Origin: Paramecium tetraurelia
Taxonomy: Eukaryota
Direction: 5' to 3'
DNA length: 64,000 nucleotides
Assembly: GCA_000165425.1 (NCBI GenBank)
Contig: CT868041.1
Span: 434,001-498,000 of the forward strand
Part shown: one piece after another, positions 1 through 14,970 of the stretch
Layout: every line of letters begins with the position of its first letter
Numbering within the stretch: the first letter of the stretch is position 1
The notes under the pieces: generated by a model
What the model was told of the DNA's origin: nothing
Seen by the model: the letters and a program-made list of their open reading frames with translations, nothing else
Database searches by the model: none
Program-made: the position numbers and the translations under genes

Positions 1-73
1 TAGATATTTGGATTCATGAAAATTCTGAGATAAATTCTATATTAAAATAATTAGCATTATAAAATCTAGAAAA

Positions 74-1234
74 ATGGGTAATTGTAATGTAATAGATAAA
101 AGAGAAGAATTTCAAGAAGCAAGTATCTTTTTTGTCTTATGTAGTGTAATCAATACGAAATTACGAAGTCTTAGATATACTCGGAAGAGGTGGATATGGT
201 AAGGTCTTTAAAGTTAGAAGAAAAAAAAATAATTAACTTTTTGCTATGAAAATAATGTCTAAAGCCAAGTATTGATTAAAATTCATTTAGGATAATTGAA
301 AAAAAGAGCATAACATCAGTATTAAATGAAAAGAATTTGTTAAAGCAATTGCATCATCCTTTTATTGTGAATATGCATTCAGCATTTTAAGATAGAGAGA
401 ATTTATACCTAGTGCTTGATCTCTTATCAGGAGGGGACTTGAGATATCATCTTTGTAGAAACAAAAGATTTTCTGAAGAAGAATCATGTAAATTATTTGG
501 CAATATTTTAAGAGTTTTTTGCTGCTTGTATAATCGTAAGTCTAGAGTATCTCCATTAACACGGAATAATCCATCGAGATCTCAAGCCAGAAAACTTGGT
601 TTTTGATGAATCTGGATATCTTCGATTAACTGATATGGGAATTGCAAGAGTCTGGAGACCAGAAAATGCCTCAGATACAAGTGGAACTCCGGGTTACATG
701 GCACCTGAAGTGATGTGCAAGCAAAATCATGGTATTGCTGTCGATTTTTTTGCTTTGGGAATTATTATTTATGAATGCATGCTCGGAAAAAGACCCTATG
801 TTGGAAAATCTAGGCAAGAGATTAGGGATCAAGTCTTATCTAAACAAATCCAAATTAAAAGATCACAACTACCTGTAGCTTGGTCAATTGAAGCTGGGGA
901 TTTTATTAATTAAGTATATTTTTGAATGCACATATTAGCTTATCCAAAGAAAACCTGAAAATAGATTAGGATCAAACAACCCTTCAGATGTTAAGAATCA
1001 TCCATGGTTCAGCGCTTTTGATTGGGATGCTTTGATTAAAAAAAAATACGATCCTCCATATTATCCCAAGAAATTCAAAGGCTATGAAGGATAGACGGAT
1101 GATACTATGGAGGATTAAAATGAGAAAAATTTTGTATTGCTCCGAAATAAAACCCTTTGTGGTATTATTCATCATATTAATAAGAACAATTCAACGAGTA
1201 TTGTTATAATCCAGAAGTTTGTTTTGAAAAATGA
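74..1234 (+). CDS. AGC-group Ser/Thr protein kinase (5 tiny introns)
   Basis: Code-6 translation gives MGNC..., LGRGGYGKV, FAMK, IIHRDLKPEN, LTDMG, SGTPGYMAPE, DFFALG. Introns at 123-144, 269-290, 488-512, 914-938 and ~1162-1184; TGA at 1232-1234. Confidence 0.93.
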
Positions 1235-1286
1235 TTATTAAATTGATTCTCTCTTTTTCTTAAATATATTAAATAAATTATTAAAA

Positions 1287-1577
1287 ATGTCATCTGCTTA
1301 CATAACTATTCTATCATCTAATGGAATTGAATTCATAGTTGCCAAAGAAATAGCTGGATTGAGTGAGATTTTCAAAAAACAGATAGCAAATGCAGACATG
1401 AGAGGAGAAACCCAAATCCTTTCTGATTTTACAGCTGACATACTTGAAATAGTCCTACAATACCTTCACTATAAAAATAGATGGCAATTAGAATCTCCAG
1501 TAAATTTGCCTAAATTTCAAATAGCCAAAGAAAAGGCTTTATCAGTTTTACAAGCTGCAATTGCATTATAAATATGA
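1287..1577 (+). CDS. Elongin C / Skp1-POZ family protein
   Basis: YITILSSNGIEFIV...LSEIFK...ILEIVLQYLHYK...LPKFQI...ALSVLQAAIAL follows the Elongin C pattern; the frame reads through TAA to TGA at 1575-1577. Confidence 0.85.
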
Positions 1578-1624
1578 AAAATTATTAGACAATTATTATA
1601 TATGCATAATGTAGTGATATCTTT

Positions 1625-2740
1625 TCATTCTAAATCATCCTAGATGTTATCACTAAGATTTTAATTCTCTTATTCCTTTTTTGGATTGTCAATGTTGATT
1701 ATCTACTCCTTTTATTTTAGGGCTTCTTATTTTTCTTTTTTTGCCTTTAGTTCTTCCTTCATCTATTTGTCTAAAAAATCTTCTAGTTGATCTTTGGTCA
1801 TATACTCAACCTTTTCGAAATTGGCTTTCTTATTTTCAACTTCCTTAAGCTTTTTTTAGTATTAACTCAATAATCCCTTATATTATTTTAACAACTTTTA
1901 ATTTTTTTAATTGGTCTTAACAATCAGCTACTTCAATTTCTATTCTGTTTTGATTACGTCTTTAGTTTAAGCAATTTAATTAACTTAATTCTTCTATCTA
2001 TTTTAGATCATTAACTGAATTTATTTGAGCAAATTTTAATAATTCCTTTTCAATTCTTCTCTTTCAACTTTATTAAGGTTGATTATGTTATTTTCTGCCT
2101 ATTCAATTTATTAAATAATTGGTAGTTCAATTAATTCTTTGCCTAAGGATGAGGGATTCACTTATGGTTTCTATAACTTTTCTATTTTTTCATTCAATCT
2201 TTTCTCTGTATCATCATTCTCAACTTTAAGTATTTCTGCTCGAAGATGCTCAATTGTGGCTGTTATTTCTTTAATTGCTTTTTGTCTTTTCTAATCTAAA
2301 ATTTCTTATGGATTATTTGGTTTCTCAACTATCTCCTTTGCCTACTCCATTTCTTATTTTTATATAATTTTCGGGCTATTTGAATCATTATTGCCGTGAC
2401 CATTGCTTAACTTTCTAAAGTAGTTAACTGTTTCTTTAACACTTTTATCAAGTTTTTAAAAGGAATCATCTGTCAATTCTGAGGCATCATCAATTTCTTC
2501 AACCATAATTTCAAAATTCTCGGTATTCTAATTTTTAATTTAAAGTCTTACTTGAACAACATCTAGATCTTCTTAATTTGATATTGTAATTTTATCATTA
2601 TCTTCATCAAGATAATATATAGTAAAATTATTCTTCAATATAAATTTGAAGCTCTATCTTATTTATTTTCTAAGATCCTTATAGGTAACTACGTTTTCAA
2701 GGGTTTTTTCGAATTCCTTATATTTTGCTATTATATTCAT
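1625..2740 (-). CDS. PB1-domain protein with Q/E/K-rich coiled-coil tail
   Basis: N-terminal FTIYYLDEDNDKITISNQEDL is the acidic OPCA motif of a PB1 domain; a low-complexity coiled coil follows. Confidence 0.8.
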
Positions 2741-3680
2741 TTATTGTTTATTAATTTAATTAATGTATAATATAGAAATTTATTCAATTCTTAAATTTTG
2801 TTACCTACTTTATGGAATAACATAATTTAGGTTTTACTTAATCAAATACAAAACAACTTTGATGTCTTCAACTTGAATTGCTACTTTTTAATTTTCTACA
2901 AAGGTCATCAAATTTATAATCTGAAATTTTGATAAAAAAGTTAAATAGTTTTAGACATTACATCAACAAATTGGAAGATTTCTTTTATAGAAAAATGACG
3001 TGTCAGATACTTAAATATGGAAAAATATTTAATCAGAATTCTAAATATGAACGTTAATTATAGTTATAACGACAAATATTTGAACTGATATTCTAGAATG
3101 TTGAGCCTTAAATTAAAAATCATCTGTCTACTCAATGTACTGTTAATGAGGAATCCTTAAAATGAGTTTTTATAAAAATCTTAATTGTAATGCCATAATT
3201 TGTGCCTACCCAAAATTAATGATAATTAAATCTATTAAAACTTAACTTCTTTCTTAAGTCTTTATATATAGAAATTAACAATCTTATTAGTATTTTAATG
3301 TAATTATTATATATTTTTAAATTGAGCTCTTGGTTATATAAAAAATAAATATTCTCATTTAATACAGGATAAATAAATCTATAGATTAATCCTATCTATT
3401 AAATCTGGTTTTTTTTGAAACACCTTCATCCTCTCTTTCTTTTAATTTATGTTATTATAATATAATTTTAATTTATTATAACTTAAGATGTTCCTAATAA
3501 CTCGTTTTTACTATCTCCCTAAAAAAATTCATATGAAATCATCCTTTACATAAACAACATCAATTTACAAAGAAAACATCTATAATTTTTTGGTAATGTA
3601 TTTAAATATCAGTTAACTCACTTTAATATAATTTTTGTCTTCATACCAAATAAATTAAGATAATCTAATATAAATATTTA

Positions 3681-4421
3681 ATGAATAATGCAAGTTTATA
3701 AAAGTACACATATAATTTTAAAGTTACTCGATTTAAATTCGATAATTTATGTTATTAAATTTAAAGTTGGGTACTCAAATTTTAAAAATTGTAAAGTAGT
3801 AATACTTAAGGAATCCACTTTCAACTAAAATTAAGTTTGTTGTATTTAATTTAATTGCACTAGGAGATATTAATGTCCCACTTTAATTAAATGATATAAA
3901 ATCATTAAATCTTTAATCATATCCAAATGTAATTCCCCATAATTTTATTGAATATTTTATGAATTAAAGTGAAATCTTAGATGTGATAAAATAGATGGAA
4001 GAGGATTGCAAATTCATTTCTGAGTATTATCTTAGTGATCTTTAGCATAACTGAGGTAAGTTTGACCTCGAAAGTTGTAGAATATTAGATGATGCCTAAC
4101 CACAAGCATTTATTAACTGAACACTTGAATACCAGATCTATGCAACAAATTCCTCTAAAGATCCAACCTAAAGATCCTCCAGATTCTCCAAAGGAGATTA
4201 AATATTTTAAAAGTGAATTTTGTATAAGGAGTACTAATCCGTAAATGGATTCGAGAAGAAAATAATTATTTCAACCCCATCGTGGAATCTCGTAAAGATA
4301 TTACTCAGAATCACAGAGAAGATCAAATCTCAAATCAGCTTTGAAAAACAAAAGAAACCATTCTTTATTCAGAGCTTAAAAATCTGTAAGATTTAGAATT
4401 GATAACCATCAAAAATTTTGA
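3681..4421 (+). CDS. Hypothetical protein
   Basis: Code-6 ORF from ATG 3681 to TGA 4419-4421, open if two ~22-29 nt GT..AG introns (~3836-3863, ~4024-4045) are removed; no motif recognised. Confidence 0.55.
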
Positions 4422-5151
4422 AATGAGATGTTAGATTTAATATGTTAAATATCAAAATCAATTTCATCTCTTTAATGACTTTGATAAATATATATTTCTT
4501 TTTATATAAATTATATTAAATTAAATAATTATATCCCAAAATATTTGGGCTACAATTTATACTGCTCTAATCTGAAAATCCAATTTCTAATAAAATTCAT
4601 TAAAATGTTATTCAATATTTAAAATCATAAATTTGTCAAATGGACTCTAATTCATTAAATAAGAGCATATTATTTGCTAGTAAAATTACAGAAACCTCTT
4701 GAGTCTTATTAATCATAGAATAGTTAAAGTAATTTCATACTTTTTATGGCTTTTTAATTTTTGATAATATAAATTAAAAGTATTTCTTATAATAATGGAA
4801 GTCCTTACTGAAGTTCATTAAAGGAGTATAACAATTTAATTTCTTATAATAATGATTGCATGGCTATTAATAAAATGTTAAGTAAATTGTTTTTGCACGA
4901 GTTTTTCTTAATATTAATGTCTTAAAAAGAAGTTGTACACATTTTAAATTAAAAGAAATATTATTAAATATTTATTAATTATCATTGTAATTAAAGAATT
5001 CTCTTGACTTCTTCTCATCAAATAATACATATTAAAATAGGTATTTGATATATATGATTTTATTTATTGGATATTATATAAATATTGATAAGATTGAGTT
5101 TCAAAGAAGATAACCACTAAAACTAATATTTGATTAATCAATAATAATAAT

Positions 5152-8081
5152 TCATTATTAATAGGATTTTTCGCTGTTCCTTATAAGGTATGTTTATATT
5201 TATAATGGATAAAGAACGTCATCTATATCTTCATCTAGAGAGTTTACTTACTTATCATAATTCCATTCTATAATATATTTAATATGTATTACTTAATGAA
5301 TTATTCTTCCAATCATTCCATTTCTAATTACCCGTTAAAGTAGTCCTTACGGCTTGGCCAACAAATTCCAATTTATCAATTTTCATTGAGAATTTCTCTT
5401 ACATATTTTGGATTCTCAATAAAATTTCATCTTCATTCCATAAAAGGTAATTGAATTTCAATAAATTATCTCCATAAATTAGTAATGGTTCTATATTAAA
5501 GCCATCAAATGGTAAGAACCAATTCAAGCCTTCAGGGATAAGTGGTAATTTTGAATCAAAATTGAAAAATACCAATGGCTAGAGATCCAAATAATATTAT
5601 AACTTTCTAATTTGATTTGGATTGTTTTAAATATTGAAGAAAGTAAGTTTATGTTAGATATTTTGAACTAAGCCATTTCCTTTTTCATCAGTTTCTTTCA
5701 AAGCCTCGCCAACTCCTCTGCTATCATCTTATAGTAATCTTCTTTGAATCATAATTTCAATTTGTCCATTTTCTAAACTACTTCCTCCTTGGGATCTATC
5801 ATTTAAAAGACCCACGCATTCCTATCCATCCTATATATAGATGGCACTAGTGACTGGATAGTAATTACCAGATACATTTTCGTGCATTGAATAGTTATAT
5901 TAAGGTCTGTAATCTACTATTCTTTTTTAAAATTATAATCCATTGCTGTCTGTGTAAAAGGTTTTATTGGAGTTAAAATTGGGCACTTCTATGACCATAA
6001 TGATATTCTTTCCTATTGAATCAGAGACGGGGATTTAATCAACATAGGTTTAAATATCAAAGGTTTCTTTTTAATGATAAAAGTTCTTAACAACAGATTT
6101 TGTATAAGTTCTAACAATTCTGAAGAGAGACATAATTCTACCATATCCAATGGCTGTATATGAAATGTTACCATACATAATTTTTGAGTTGTTGGAAGGT
6201 CTAAAAATGTAAGCACCATCTGCTTAATCTCTTTATTAATAGGATTAATAGTAGGCGTATTTTAACTTAAAAGATTTAGTTGAATTAAGAGTGATCAATG
6301 TATCCTCAGTATAAGGAAATGGGTTAACTGATAACAAAATTTCAGAAGCAGATTCATTATACAAGACTGGTTATATAGTGAAATACTTGATTACATTGTT
6401 TTTGTCGATTTAATATTTGAAATAAAGATCGCAATCTTAAAATCCATTAGTGCAATCGATATCTCCATATATTACTTAATTATTTTAATCTTTAATTAAT
6501 AGTTTTAAATTTGGAACTTTAATTCTAATGATATCAGTATTGTTTTCTTGTTTGACTTTTCCATCAACAATTGTAAGAATAACAGTTTTATTAGCCTTAA
6601 GAGCACTATAAGTCTTGGTACATTATTATGAAGTAATGTTATATTCACATTGTTCATAATCTATGGTTGTTGTATTGTATAAAAATTTGGATAAGATCTT
6701 TCTTGTCAATTTTTGGATATGTTATTCTCCTTTATAGAGTATTTTGATGTAGTCATCGTTGACATGTTGTTTTTCTGTTCCAGTAACAGCATCATGATGT
6801 TGGCAAATGGCCAAAGCATTATCTAATTCATAAATGGCGTTAGTAATATTTTAATAGTCCTCCTAAACGAATTCTTATTGATAAAGTAAGGCAATCAATT
6901 TTTTATAGGTTTATGCCTATCTACCTAGTCGTTTCACATAACCTTTAATTGCTACTCTGCTTGTGAAGTAGCCAGTCCAAAAGGCATGTGGTTCATCAGA
7001 ATAAGGGAAGAAATCATCTTATTTGGTTTCGAATTTAATGTTCTGCTTATTAATTTCTGCAATGTATTCTTCAGGTGTTGAATATTACAGTTTCATGTTG
7101 TATTCTGGAGTGACGTTGATGTATTTGATTAACTTATCAAGGTTCTGATAGAACACTTTGGAGTTGGACCAACAGAAGTCAGAACCGAAAGTGTGGATCA
7201 GGTGATTGCTCTTATAATGAAGTGATTGAGATTTGAAATATGAGACCAGTTGTTCTGATCTTTCCTTAATGTTATAGCTTTCTGATTTCATATTGTCAAC
7301 AATAGCATCTGATCTTCTTAGGATGTCAAAATTGAATGTTGGAGGTGCTTCGTAATGATAGTATTGAATGTGAGTAAAGATTGGATACTGAACTCCCTCA
7401 GCAGGCGGTAACATGATCATTTCCATATTCTTTTTATCAAGTCTTGCTTCTTTGTCTTCGTAATCAATTCTGGCAAAAAACCAAGCATTGAATCCCATTT
7501 AATAGGATAAGGCTGCTTAAGAATTCTGATGGCCAAAAGGATCAATTTACCAACCGATATTTGGTACATAATTGAAGGTATCCTTTAAGAATTTATGGCC
7601 CAAGGTCATTTGATCAATTATATCTTCATAATAAGTTGTGGCTTCATCATTCATGCACCATCCTCCTGAAATGAATTGCAATTATCTATTTTGAACCAAC
7701 TCTCTTGTAATACCTCTGGTTGTTTCATTTTATTAATCCCACCACCTAGTTATTTATATTATTATAAAATTACATCTTGAAAAACTTGGTTTCCACCTAT
7801 ATAAACTTTCTGCTCTAATCTCTTTACAATTCCTCTATATACGAATCTATCACGTATTCCACATTTGCCCATTGGTAATCATTCCTCAAACCGTAAAAGT
7901 ATTGTTCCACTGTCTTCAACCATCCAACATCGTCATGAGAATGAGGGATCACATGCACAGTTAAAAATTCATCCACTACTTCAGGGTGTGAATGATGTCT
8001 CTCCAATTGTTCTTTGTCTTTGAATCTCAAGTTACACAATACATTAAAGACATAAAAAGATATTAGTAGGATTTATTTCAT
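5152..8081 (-). CDS. Lysosomal-type alpha-mannosidase (GH38)
   Basis: Signal peptide, [34 protein letters not shown] (catalytic Asp), [48 protein letters not shown]. Confidence 0.96.
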
Positions 8082-8124
8082 TATAATTAATTATACATTA
8101 TCTATTATGAAATGCAATATAAAC

Positions 8125-10327
8125 TCAAAATGACATAATAATTTATTTTATATAAGTTGATTTTACTTCTTTTAATAACTTCTCCGATTGAGCCCCATTC
8201 GTTGATTTGAATGCAATCAATATTTAGAGCTAAATGGTCTCTAAACTTGATTAGATAATAATATCTAAACATATTAAACACAATAAAAACCTTGTTCCTA
8301 TTCAATCATCTTAGTCAAAATAGTATTAATTTCCTTAACATTCTCATAGGTGCAATCCTGAACCTAATCTAGTTTTGTCTACTTCCTGAAAACATCGTTG
8401 ATTGCAATCAAAACATTATAGATTTTAAAGGCCTTAATAATATTAATGGATTTACCTCCGATTTCTATTTGATGATTTCGCCCACCCAGTTGATAATTTA
8501 TAAATTACTAATTACTTCCAAATTCAAAAACTCTTTTAAGTATACCTTCAGATGAAATATTGAATGATTCCACATACGAAAAATGGTCTAAAGCAGAATT
8601 TCTCCTAATTTTTCAGGTTTAATTATGTTTGGCTACAACAAAAAGGAGAGATATCTTTTGCTTAAGACATTCAAATGAGTAATGGACTTGGATATAGATT
8701 ATAATAGAGATTCTAAAAAGGTTTAAATGACAACTTCTGGACCAGGATTGGTAATCAATTTTAATTACTCAAGCATCTCAATTCCATTCAATTTTTATTA
8801 CAGATACGAATTAATCTTCTCTGCTACACTGAGTTGTTCAATATCCAAAGGTTTTGTAATATCCTACAATGAATTATACCAATCGATAATATTCTTAGGT
8901 ACTAAATCTGTGATCTTCTCAACACTCACTAACAGGAATAGTTTTCTAAATATCATAACAACTAGATAATTATTGAAACTATCTGTTTCATCAGGGTTGT
9001 ATTTCCCAAAGTACTTGTCCCAATTCAACTTAAAGTTGGAATTACAAAAGTAATGGGATAAGCAATCGCTTAGTTGTTCTACAATCAGGATATTATTCTA
9101 AGGAATTAAGTCAATGAACTATTCTATAGTTTCATTCCATTCTTTTATGCTATCAGAATTTCTCTAGCTTAAATGAGTCAGAAGACCACTGTAGAAGGCA
9201 GTAGATAATTAGTCTTTTCTTGGAACAACTTCTATAACCATATTTAATAAAGTGAAGATTAAGGTTTATCTGAATTAAGCTCTATTATTGACAATGTTAA
9301 ATACTCTTATGATGGTGTCATTTTAATGCAATTCTAGTACAATTAAAATTGGAATACGATTTACTATCTATTGGTCTTGAATAGATCAATGGTTTCATAG
9401 ATCCATTGTCTGGTGATCTCTATTTGGATATCAGTTTTGTTGTTGCTTTGTGATCTAATTTCATCATTAAGAACCAGTATCTATTGAGGTCTCCAGATTT
9501 AGGTTCTTTTTACTATAGGGATCTTGAAACCTCTTCTCAATTGTCTGACCTATGTCATCTCATCAGGAAACAACAAATAAGGCCTTGGATATGAGGTTTT
9601 CAAGAATTATTAAAATATTTAGGTGTGGGCATCCTTCTCCTAATTATTTAAAAAGTTGCGTATGGATTGCCACAGATGAAATAATCTATCTTCAGTTTTT
9701 CTCTTGGTCATTAAGACTTCAACATTCTATATGATATTTTTGAATTCAATCTAATTCTTCTCCATTGCCTTTATCATAGCGTGAGGGATGGTGGTTAACA
9801 AAATCTGAAGATAGAATGGGGATTGCTCATTCTCAGCTCCTCCTTCCAAATCATACAAGCATTCCACAAAACTCACAGTATTAAGCAAACCAACATTCAT
9901 CAATTCACTTAGAAATTTGAGGATAGTTTGTCCCAATATAGGTGTTTCCTCTTAGGCTATTTAGGGAAGGTGTTCGAGTAATCCAAGGATGATCTAGTCT
10001 GTCAAGGATTGTGTTGTCTAATTAAAATATTGACTTCATTGATGATTACTTGTTTGGTTGATAAAAGTGCCAATATCGTAGCATATATTCCAGATTTGAG
10101 TGGCAACAACTTTGCACATTAAATGAAGGATTATATCATTGCATCTTTCACATCCTATTTGTTTTATTGATAATATTCGCCTAAGACATCAACTATTTTT
10201 TATAGATCCTTTTTGAATGTATCTGCTCCATCATCCCCTGCTTTGCATATCTAATATAAATCAATATGATTACCAATTGTCTTATTCTATTTATTTCTGG
10301 TGGTGTTTGATGTTATATTTGGAGCAT
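8125..10327 (-). CDS. NCBP1: Nuclear cap-binding protein subunit 1 (CBP80-like, MIF4G repeats)
   Basis: LICKAGDDG...DLQKIVDVL...FIQCAKLLPLKSGIYATILALLS...ILKFLSELMNVGLL resembles the CBP80 N-terminal MIF4G domain; LTHLSQRNS and NFKLNWDK-type segments follow later. Confidence 0.8.
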
Positions 10328-10371
10328 TTTATATAAATTAATATTTAATTAAAATCAATTCTTCATAACTT

Positions 10372-11334
10372 TCATAATTAAATAAAACCATTCCAAATTT
10401 CTCTATCATTCACTCTCTTCATCAAATCCTTCTCACTCAGTTAATCATTAAATCCTACAAATATTTGTCCCATGTACAATTCACTATTGTTTTTTATTTT
10501 CCATATCTTCAAAATCAAAGGCTCATTCTAATATCCCTCATATTATTGTTCATTCATAGGCACTTTAAAACTCAATTGCTAGAATTAATCAAATGCCACA
10601 GAATCTAAATTAACATCTATCAAATTACCTGTTCGATGCAACAATTAATCTTTTAAATGTGCTTCAACACAATACAAACATTCAGTCTTTTAATCTTTAT
10701 TTTGTAACTATTTAAACTCTAAATAATAGGTATACTTCTTTGTTAAATACCACCAACTTGAATGCGATTGGCACCTCTGTAAATATGGGTCCACAATCTT
10801 TTATCAACTTATTCGAAGGAGTCTTGGATTTGTTTTGATTTCTCATTCTACTCGCATACATCATATTTTATTCGTGTTTAGCATATGATTTATCAAACTC
10901 CCTTTTCTTTATTACAGACGGTAAATGCAAGATCCTTTTCCCCAATCTTATGTTTTCTAACCCTATCTCATATGATTATTATTTCTGAGCTGTCGCTATT
11001 AAAGACTTCACACTCTTCTGTTCATGGACTTTTCTACTTTTCGAATCAGCTGAAATCAATTTTTTTGCTAATACATTATCCGATTACTGTCTGAACAATT
11101 AAGTTTGATGTTCCATAAATTTACGTGTCCTCTCCTTCTATTAACGATAATATTTTATCTAAAAAGTTATATTTTACTAAAATAACCTCATACTTTGTTC
11201 AATTAATCTTGTTCACTCTGACTCACTTAAAGATTAGCAGTAATATTTTGTATCTTCGAAACATGTTTGATATATTATTGCTCTACTAAATGCTCCTAAT
11301 AAGCATTCTTTAAAATATAAGTAGGAGATTTCAT
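10372..11334 (-). CDS. CFAP97/KIAA1430-like domain protein (possible ciliary)
   Basis: YQEHLVEQQYIKHVSKI...ENIRLGKRILHLPSVIRKGEFDKSYAKHEQ resembles the CFAP97-type motif; family assignment by eye only. Confidence 0.5.
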
Positions 11335-11411
11335 AATATTATATTATATATTTATTCAATATACAATATAACAGATTTTATATATATATATATTTTTTGT
11401 ATACGTTAAAT

Positions 11412-14398
11412 ATGCTAACATCATCCAAGCTCTTTAGTAGTCAATCATAATTGGAATGTAGCCCAATAATATTTATATTTAGAATGTCTTATGGATATTT
11501 CTACTAAAATATTACTTGACTCTACTATTGAATCAAATAGGGATTCCAAAAACATCATCTTCAGCAGAATAAAAGAAATCACTCTCGAAGCCTTTTCCAA
11601 ATAATTTACTGATGAGATTCATCATTTGCAGGCTGAACTTAGAACTGAATAAGCTCTTAATGATTAAATTCGAAGGGAATTTTTGGAAAGAGAATAAAGG
11701 ATCTTATAGGAATTTGATTCTAAGCAAAGAGAATTTCAACTAGAATAAATTAGAGAAATTAAGAATCTCCAAGATCTACTCGAAGGTCAAGAATCTCAAT
11801 TTTAAGTAATACTTTTTTCAATCAAATTAGAAATATCAATTATTGAATGAAAAACTAAAAAACTAAATCAAAGATATGCAAAACAAAGAGGTATCGTTAC
11901 AAAATGAAAATATCAGAGTCAAAGAAAACCTATAACTTAGTGATCAAAGAAATAAATCATTGAGTTCTGATTTATGTGAATAGAGATAGAGAAATGAAGC
12001 CCTCAATTCATTAAATCAACAATTAGATAGGTAAAATAGAGATTTCAAAATTGAATTTGAAAAAGTTCTTAAAGAACTCTCAGATTTGAAAAAGAAATCT
12101 TAATAATAGATAGATCTAAATGTTTAACTAGATTAAGAACTTGAGATATTAAAAAATGAAAATGAAAGACTGAAGACAAAGAAATTATAAGATTAATAAA
12201 AATAGAAGGAGTTATTAGATTAATTAAAGGAAAAAAGTAATGCTAAAATAAATGATCTAAAAAACAAACTGACTTAAGCTTAAAATACATAATTACATTA
12301 GTAATAACAGTTAGAAGAATTTTAGGAATTAATTAAGGAGTCTGAAAATTAATTAAATTAATTGCAATAGAATCATAGATAATCTACAAAGCAATTAGAA
12401 CAATAATATAAAAACTAATTTTAGGAAATTGAAATATAATATATGAACGAAAAGTAAAGTATAGAAGATATTTTAAAAGTTCAATATGAATAAATACTAG
12501 TAAGTAAAGAAAAAATGATTTAAGATTAAATCAAAGAAATCAAATTAATTAAAGATAAAATCTATTAATAGAATTTAGAATTTGATAATTTACAAAGACA
12601 AAATTAACACTCCTAATAGTAAGTGAAACAGTTGTAGGGAGAAATAAAGTAATTAAATTAACATTAAGAAGAACTTGAAAAGATAAATAGAGAACGAGAA
12701 TTAGAGTTGTCAAAAAAGGACTTAAAGTTAAAGAATTTGTTATTAGAGCTTGATGATGTAAAAAATTTCTCAGAATAAACTTTAAATACAATGAGATCAA
12801 ATCAAAATTAATTTAATGAAATTGAAAAAGAAAGGCAATACTATTTGAAACTATTTTAATAAATTTCTGACGATTTGGAAATAGAAATTTAAGGAAGTTT
12901 TTCATACCAAAGAATAGGCTAAAAGGTTGATTTGAAATTGAAACAATTTAGGGATGATTTTAAAAAACATTAGAAAGAATCCAAAAAATTAATTGAATAA
13001 CATGCTTAAGAGATTTAAGAAAAAGAATAAAAGTTGATGCTTCTGCAAGATAATTTTAATGATGAAAACAATAAAATATAAAAGATTCTTTCAGAATAGC
13101 AAATCGAGAACAGAAAGTAGAAAAATGAATTCAAATAAAAATTGGATGAATAGAACAGAATTATTATTGAGCTGTAAAAGGATCAGATATAGAATAACAA
13201 CTAATTAGAATTTTTACAAATTTAAAATTAATAATTGGCTCAAGATTTGGAAAAAAAAAATGAATCTGTAATTAAAGCATAAAAAGAAATACATCATTTA
13301 TTAAATAGAGATCAAATGAATTATGAAGATTCAAAATAAGTAATTAACCAAATCGTAAATGAAAAAAACTAAATATAATTATAACTAGAAGAGTCACTCT
13401 TTAAACAAAAAACATGTAAATAACGAATCTATCAAATTTTAAATAGACAAAGAGAATTAATGAATATTTAACTTTTTGAAGTTAAAAATACCTTTATAAA
13501 CAAATTGAGGTAACTAGAAAGTGAATGCAAAATAATATTACAAAACTTATATAAACAACAATTAATCAAAACAGAAAACAAAATTTTAATGATCGAAGCC
13601 GAAAAATAATATGAAATTGAGCAGATGAATTGTGAAATCGAATAAAAAATTGAAAATATGAAATACTAATTTAAATAATCTGAACTATTAATTTAGGAGG
13701 AAGGGTAATTTAAATTAAAATAAAAGTAATAATAAATTGAGTAACTCATTATGTCTAAGAATAATAGTGTTGAATTACAAAATTAAATTCACTCATTACA
13801 CAAAGAAAATGAAGAATTAAAGAAATAATTGTTAATATAAGAGTAGTTAAAAGTTGAACAAAGATAAAATCACGAATTAGAGTTATTAAGTCTTAATAAA
13901 CTAATAAAGGAACAATAAGAGGAATTGTAAATATTTATAATCAATTTAGATCTTCTTAATAATAATTTTCAGAATACACTATGAATAGAGAAAGGTAATA
14001 CTTCGAATAAAGATATCAGGATCTTAAATAAAGATAGGATAAAAAAATGGAATAAGTTTAATCAGATTATCAACTTTAAATTAATCAATTGGAGAATATC
14101 ATTTAATTGCCCTCAAAATAAGTCTCTCCCTATAAAGTAAATCAGAAATCTCCATATCAAAAATAATCAATATTAACAAGTATCATCAATATATCATATA
14201 GCAAATAAACAATAAAATTTTAGTACTCCGATTATTAGTACTGCGATGAAGACTCCAAATAAGAAGATATCATAAATTGATAATGCAGATAAAACTATCG
14301 AAGATTTGAGATAAGAGATAGAATAACAAAAGGAAAAATTGAGTAAAATGAAATTATCATTTACAGAAAGCTAAAAGAAACCGTATAGAAGAGTATGA
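11412..14398 (+). CDS. Long coiled-coil protein (~950-980 aa, Q/E/K-rich)
   Basis: Continuous heptad-like code-6 reading with a few tiny introns (e.g. ~11806-11830); TGA at 14396-14398. Confidence 0.8.
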
Positions 14399-14970
14399 AT
14401 TCTATTACTTTTTATACAGTTAATTCTCATTTTCCATAAATCATTAATATTCAGAATTATTCTTAATTATTAATTAGAAATTTAGCTTGTTTAAGCTCAA
14501 TCTCTTGACTTAAACTTACATCTTTCCATTAGAATTAATTTATTAATTTTATCTATATATGTCTTTATGTGATAATTAGTTTAATGTTTAGATTAATATT
14601 ATACTCTATTCAACTTATTTTCAATTGTAAAAATGGTAATTCCTCAGAACATTTTAAATTGAAAATTTCAAAGAAAATGTACAATCCAAATAGTTATTGA
14701 GAGTATAATTTAGAAATTTCTTAAAAATAGAATTTCTAAGAATAAAATTCTATATGGCGGGAGTGATTTTACTCGTGCAATCAAAAAATTTTTAGAAATA
14801 GTAAATTACTAAATTAAATCATTCTTTTAAAAATGGTAAAGCGAATTAATCATGAAAATATTCGAAGCTCATTTATTTTTTGTCTGTTGATCAATTACAA
14901 TAAGGTAAGCTACTTAAAAATTAATGAACTGAAGTAAATCAACTGATTTTAATATAAAAAATTTTATTAA

